Origin: Octopus bimaculoides
Lineage: Eukaryota
Direction: 5' to 3'
Length of the DNA: 38,453 nt
Assembly: GCF_001194135.2 (NCBI RefSeq)
Contig: NC_068985.1
Location: forward strand, 57,178,658 to 57,217,110
Under the pieces are notes generated by a model. That model had not been told where the DNA came from and made no database searches. It saw nothing but the letters and a program-made list of their open reading frames with translations. Each line of letters begins with the position of its first letter. Position 1 is the first letter of the stretch. Shown one piece after another: positions 34,971 through 38,453 of this stretch. The translations under genes and the position numbers were made by a program.

Positions 34971-36283
34971 CTAATTTACACACTGAATTTAAGTTATGTA
35001 TANNNNNNNNNNNNNNNNNNNNNNNNNNNNNNNNNNNNNNNNNNNNNNNNNNNNNNNNNNNNNNNNNNNNNNNNNNNNNNNNNNNNNNNNNNNNNNNNNN
35101 NNNNNNNNNNNNNNNNNNNNNNNNNNNNNNNNNNNNNNNNNNNNNNNNNNNNNNNNNNNNNNNNNNNNNNNNNNNNNNNNNNNNNNNNNNNNNNNNNNNN
35201 NNNNNNNNNNNNNNNNNNNNNNNNNNNNNNNNNNNNNNNNNNNNNNNNNNNNNNNNNNNNNNNNNNNNNNNNNNNNNNNNNNNNNNNNNNNATATATATT
35301 TATGTATATTTTGATATATATAAACTAATGCATTTATATCTGTATGTGTTTCTCTATGATAACTTAGCTACCGTCTCTAAATATGTTAATTAATTACGTT
35401 GTCTTTATAAGTCTGTTGGTGATTTATGTTACCTAGTGATGCTGCCACTATGTTATGCAGGGATGATGTCATTATCGATCTATTAAATTCTATGAGTCAA
35501 TATATGTTCAACGCTTTACTCAACTTTCATGTTCACCTTAATGTTACCAAGCTCTTATGAATTCTCAATGCCCGTGTTTACCTCTTAGGTATTCCTAGCA
35601 TGCAATATTTCCGATTCCCTCGCGCTTTCTAGTTACTTAAACCTAACAATACCAAAGATGAGAGCTCTAGGCCGGTAACCCATTACGTTTTGTGTCACGT
35701 TAGGGTCTGCTTGGAAATATTTATGGACTCGAAGTTATAAACCCTATCCTGTGTGCCTCTGTATGTTACCTAACACTGAAGTTATCATATGCAATCAACG
35801 ATTACACACTGTCTCAACGCCCCATAAAGTTATGCATCGAGAATTTTCACTGTCTGTTATGTTTCGGTCTTAATGATAAGTAACAACTATGAAAACACTG
35901 CTATGGAGTAACTGGCGACGTGTGTGGTTCTTCACTACACACTACGTCCACATAGGCATTTAACTGTACTGTGAAATAGTAAAGGCGATGATCATATTGA
36001 AGAGATATTGTCTTACTGAAGAGAGTTTTTCCACGTTACATCACTATTGTTGAATGACCGACATGCCAGTTTCTTAACCAGTACACATTCAATTCAACTG
36101 TCTAGAACTTTCGACACATAATATGTACATCTACATATAACACCCTATGCACACACACATATGCACACACGGGCGAACGAGCGTACACACATACACATTC
36201 GCGTGTGCGCACACGCACACTTAAACACACACACACTTGCATACTCACACACTTGCACACATACACACACACACACACACACA

Positions 36284-36776
36284 GGTGCAGGCGTAGATGT
36301 GTGGAATGAAGCTTGCTTCTCAACCACATGGTTCCGGGTTCAGTCCCACTTCGTAGCACCTTGGACAAGTGTTTTCTGACCAAAGCTTTGTGGGTGGATT
36401 TGATACACAGAAATTGTAAAGAACCCTGTCGGATATATAAATATGTGTGTGTGTAAGTGTGTGTCGAATATATATGTTTGTGTGTAAGTGTGTGTCGTAT
36501 ATATATGTCGTATATATATATATATATATAAGTGTGTGTCGTATATATGTGTGTGGGTATGTTTGTGTGTCTGTGTTTGTTCCTCTCATCATCGCCTGAC
36601 AACCGATATTGGTGTGTTTACGTCTCCGTACTCTAGCGGTTCGGCAATAACACGCCGAAAGAGTAAATACTAGGCTTACAAAGAATAAGTCCTGGGGTGA
36701 AACTGATCGACTACACGTGATGCGGAAGCATGGCCGAAGTCAAATGACTGAAACAAGTAAAAGTATAAAAGAATAA
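36284..36776 (+). mobile_element. SINE family A, full length, diverged
   Basis: Head, body, internal microsatellite and tail are colinear with 17418-17829. Confidence 0.85.
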
Positions 36777-37104
36777 TGAACATGTATATACATTTACATA
36801 AAAAAACCTACATATGAACATATGAACTAAAATTTATATTATGAGAAAATTAAATAATAATGAATTAAACTGATTAGAACTACCAGTGACGTCATGTATA
36901 TTTTACAAACATACACCCATATATATATATATATATATATATANNNNNNNNNNNNNNNNNNNNNNNNNNNNNNNNNNNNNNNNNNNNNNNNNNNNNNNNN
37001 NNNNNNNNNNNNNNNNNNNNNNNNNNNNNNNNNNNNNNNNNNNNNNNNNNNNNNNNNNNNNNNNNNNNNNNNNNTAACTATTACAGCGTGGAAGGTGTTT
37101 ATAA

Positions 37105-37308
37105 GCCATTCAAAAACACACAAAAACCGTTAGATTCACTTCAACACTTAAATTTCATTTGCCGAAATATTTTCGTCGCTTTGAGACTACGACCTGTTCA
37201 CTGACAAAATTCCGTACAGGTCGCTGTCTGAAAGCGACGAAAACATTTTGGCAAATGAAATTTAGATGTTGAAGTGAATCTAACGGTTTTTGTGTGTTTT
37301 TAAATGGC
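37105..37308. repeat. 93-bp inverted repeat (18-nt spacer) at the 5' end of PLE2
   Basis: 37105-37197 versus the reverse complement of 37216-37308 is 85/93 identical. Confidence 0.9.
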
Positions 37309-37523
37309 CCCCTGAAACACCACATCCGAACGTGTAATATTGGGACACACTTTTCAATACTCTTCCAAAAATCCGCACCATGAATCACAACAACAGGACA
37401 CTCCACAAGAAACTGGGAACAACTACATAACAGCTACCGTCCCAATCACCTCAATCATTTTTTAGACCCAATCCGCAAACACAGAGAATCGAGATAGCAC
37501 CAGACAGACACGAGGAACCAAAA

Positions 37524-38152
37524 ATGATAAAAATCATCAATCTAACTAACAAAGAACTATCAGGAAATCAAATAAAAATACTCTTCAAAGGCCTCAACTT
37601 TACACCAACCCCTCTGCTACGAATTGAAAGAAAACGTTGCGAATTCTGTAAAAAATTACGACTCGCCGAGGAACTATGCGACAAATACAACGAGGACGAA
37701 TCGTTAGTCCGAAATATAAGTAACTACACCCCTTCAAAAGGTACGAACAACATTTTTGACCATTTCTGTGAATGCATCACGAATTACCCATATCAACATA
37801 TACACACACAAAAACTGAAGCCAAACTTCAGCAAAAAAAGAACGGGCTGAGCTGAACAAATTAAAAGATCATAAAACAATAGCAATCCAAAAGCTGATAA
37901 AGGGGGTGCAGTTGCTTTAATGGACACTTTATACTATATAACTCTAGTACTATCCATATTGGAAAACAGAACATATTATGAAAAGGTCCAACAGAAAATA
38001 ATGAGAAACCTAAAAACTATGTTAAACCTATACAAAGAAGGGCTCACCGACAAGGAATACGATTATATGATTACTTCAAAAGTAAATCCAGTCAATTCTA
38101 CGGTATTCCCAAGATACACAAAAGTGAGAAAATAAGTAATGCATGCAGGATG
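37524..38152 (+). pseudogene. N-terminal part of a second PLE reverse transcriptase ORF (PLE2), frameshifted, remainder missing
   Basis: IINLTNKELSGNQIKILFKGLNFTPTP, KADKGGAVALMDT..YY and FYGIPKIHKS are classic PLE N-terminal and pre-RT motifs. The family differs from PLE1. Confidence 0.8.
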
Positions 38153-38248
38153 GGATGCCTGAACTCGCTAGCCGATGAATTCGTAAGTGCCTTTCTTATC
38201 GTTGATTTTTGGTGTCGCATGACCAAGGATTACCGTGAATTTTTTTAG

Positions 38249-38453
38249 AGACACTTTCAAATTTATCAGAATATTTGGGCTGAAGATTGGAATAGTGAAG
38301 TTTTCGTTCGCTTAACCATGAAACGATTCGTACCCAATTAACTAAAGGCTTGTTTTGTTTGTGCTTTTCCCTCCGGTTTTTTGTTCTATGTGTGCCATAA
38401 ATATCGCCATCCGTTTTAGAGAAAAATTTGTAGTTTAGAATCAGTAGTTCTTT
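38249..38453 (+). mobile_element. HHR-bearing interspersed repeat, copy 2 (runs off the window)
   Basis: Colinear with 24808-25013. Confidence 0.85.
38275..38337 (+). ncRNA. Type I hammerhead ribozyme, intact core
   Basis: TTGGG-CTGAAGA-T-TGG...CCA-T-GAAACG att CGTA-CCCAA. Helix I TTGGG/CCCAA, helix II TGG/CCA, helix III ACG/CGT, GUA site. Confidence 0.85.

Noticed and set aside
37191-37222. Possible HHR in the loop of the PLE2 foldback (ctgacaa..gta)
   Set aside because: No GAAA and no helix II or III. The pairing is just the inverted repeat.

Overview
AT-rich eukaryotic (animal) genomic DNA from a gapped short-read scaffold, with many N runs mostly next to (TA)n. The SINE families I recognise from memory point to an octopus/coleoid cephalopod; that assignment is inference, not a database result. 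No intact protein-coding gene is evident, and most entries in the ORF track are microsatellite or gap artefacts. The window is a transposable-element landscape. It holds the 3' end of a HERO-type RLE LINE, a decayed CR1-group LINE, a decayed mariner and three Penelope-like element (PLE) remnants. It also holds at least four tRNA-derived SINE families, a tRNA-Glu(TTC) pseudogene, several MITE-like foldbacks and abundant microsatellites. The most interesting layer is RNA structure. Five type I hammerhead ribozyme (HHR) motifs can be folded by eye: three have intact catalytic cores (24832-24891 +, 29035-29163 -, 38275-38337 +) and two are decayed copies in the terminal repeats of one PLE. Two further decayed candidates exist. 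Two of the intact HHRs are homologous and differ by compensatory base-pair changes. There are also about six long inverted repeats, one a perfect 73-bp palindrome and one whose mismatches are biased toward G-U/A-C pairs. A few candidate host-gene exons are low confidence.
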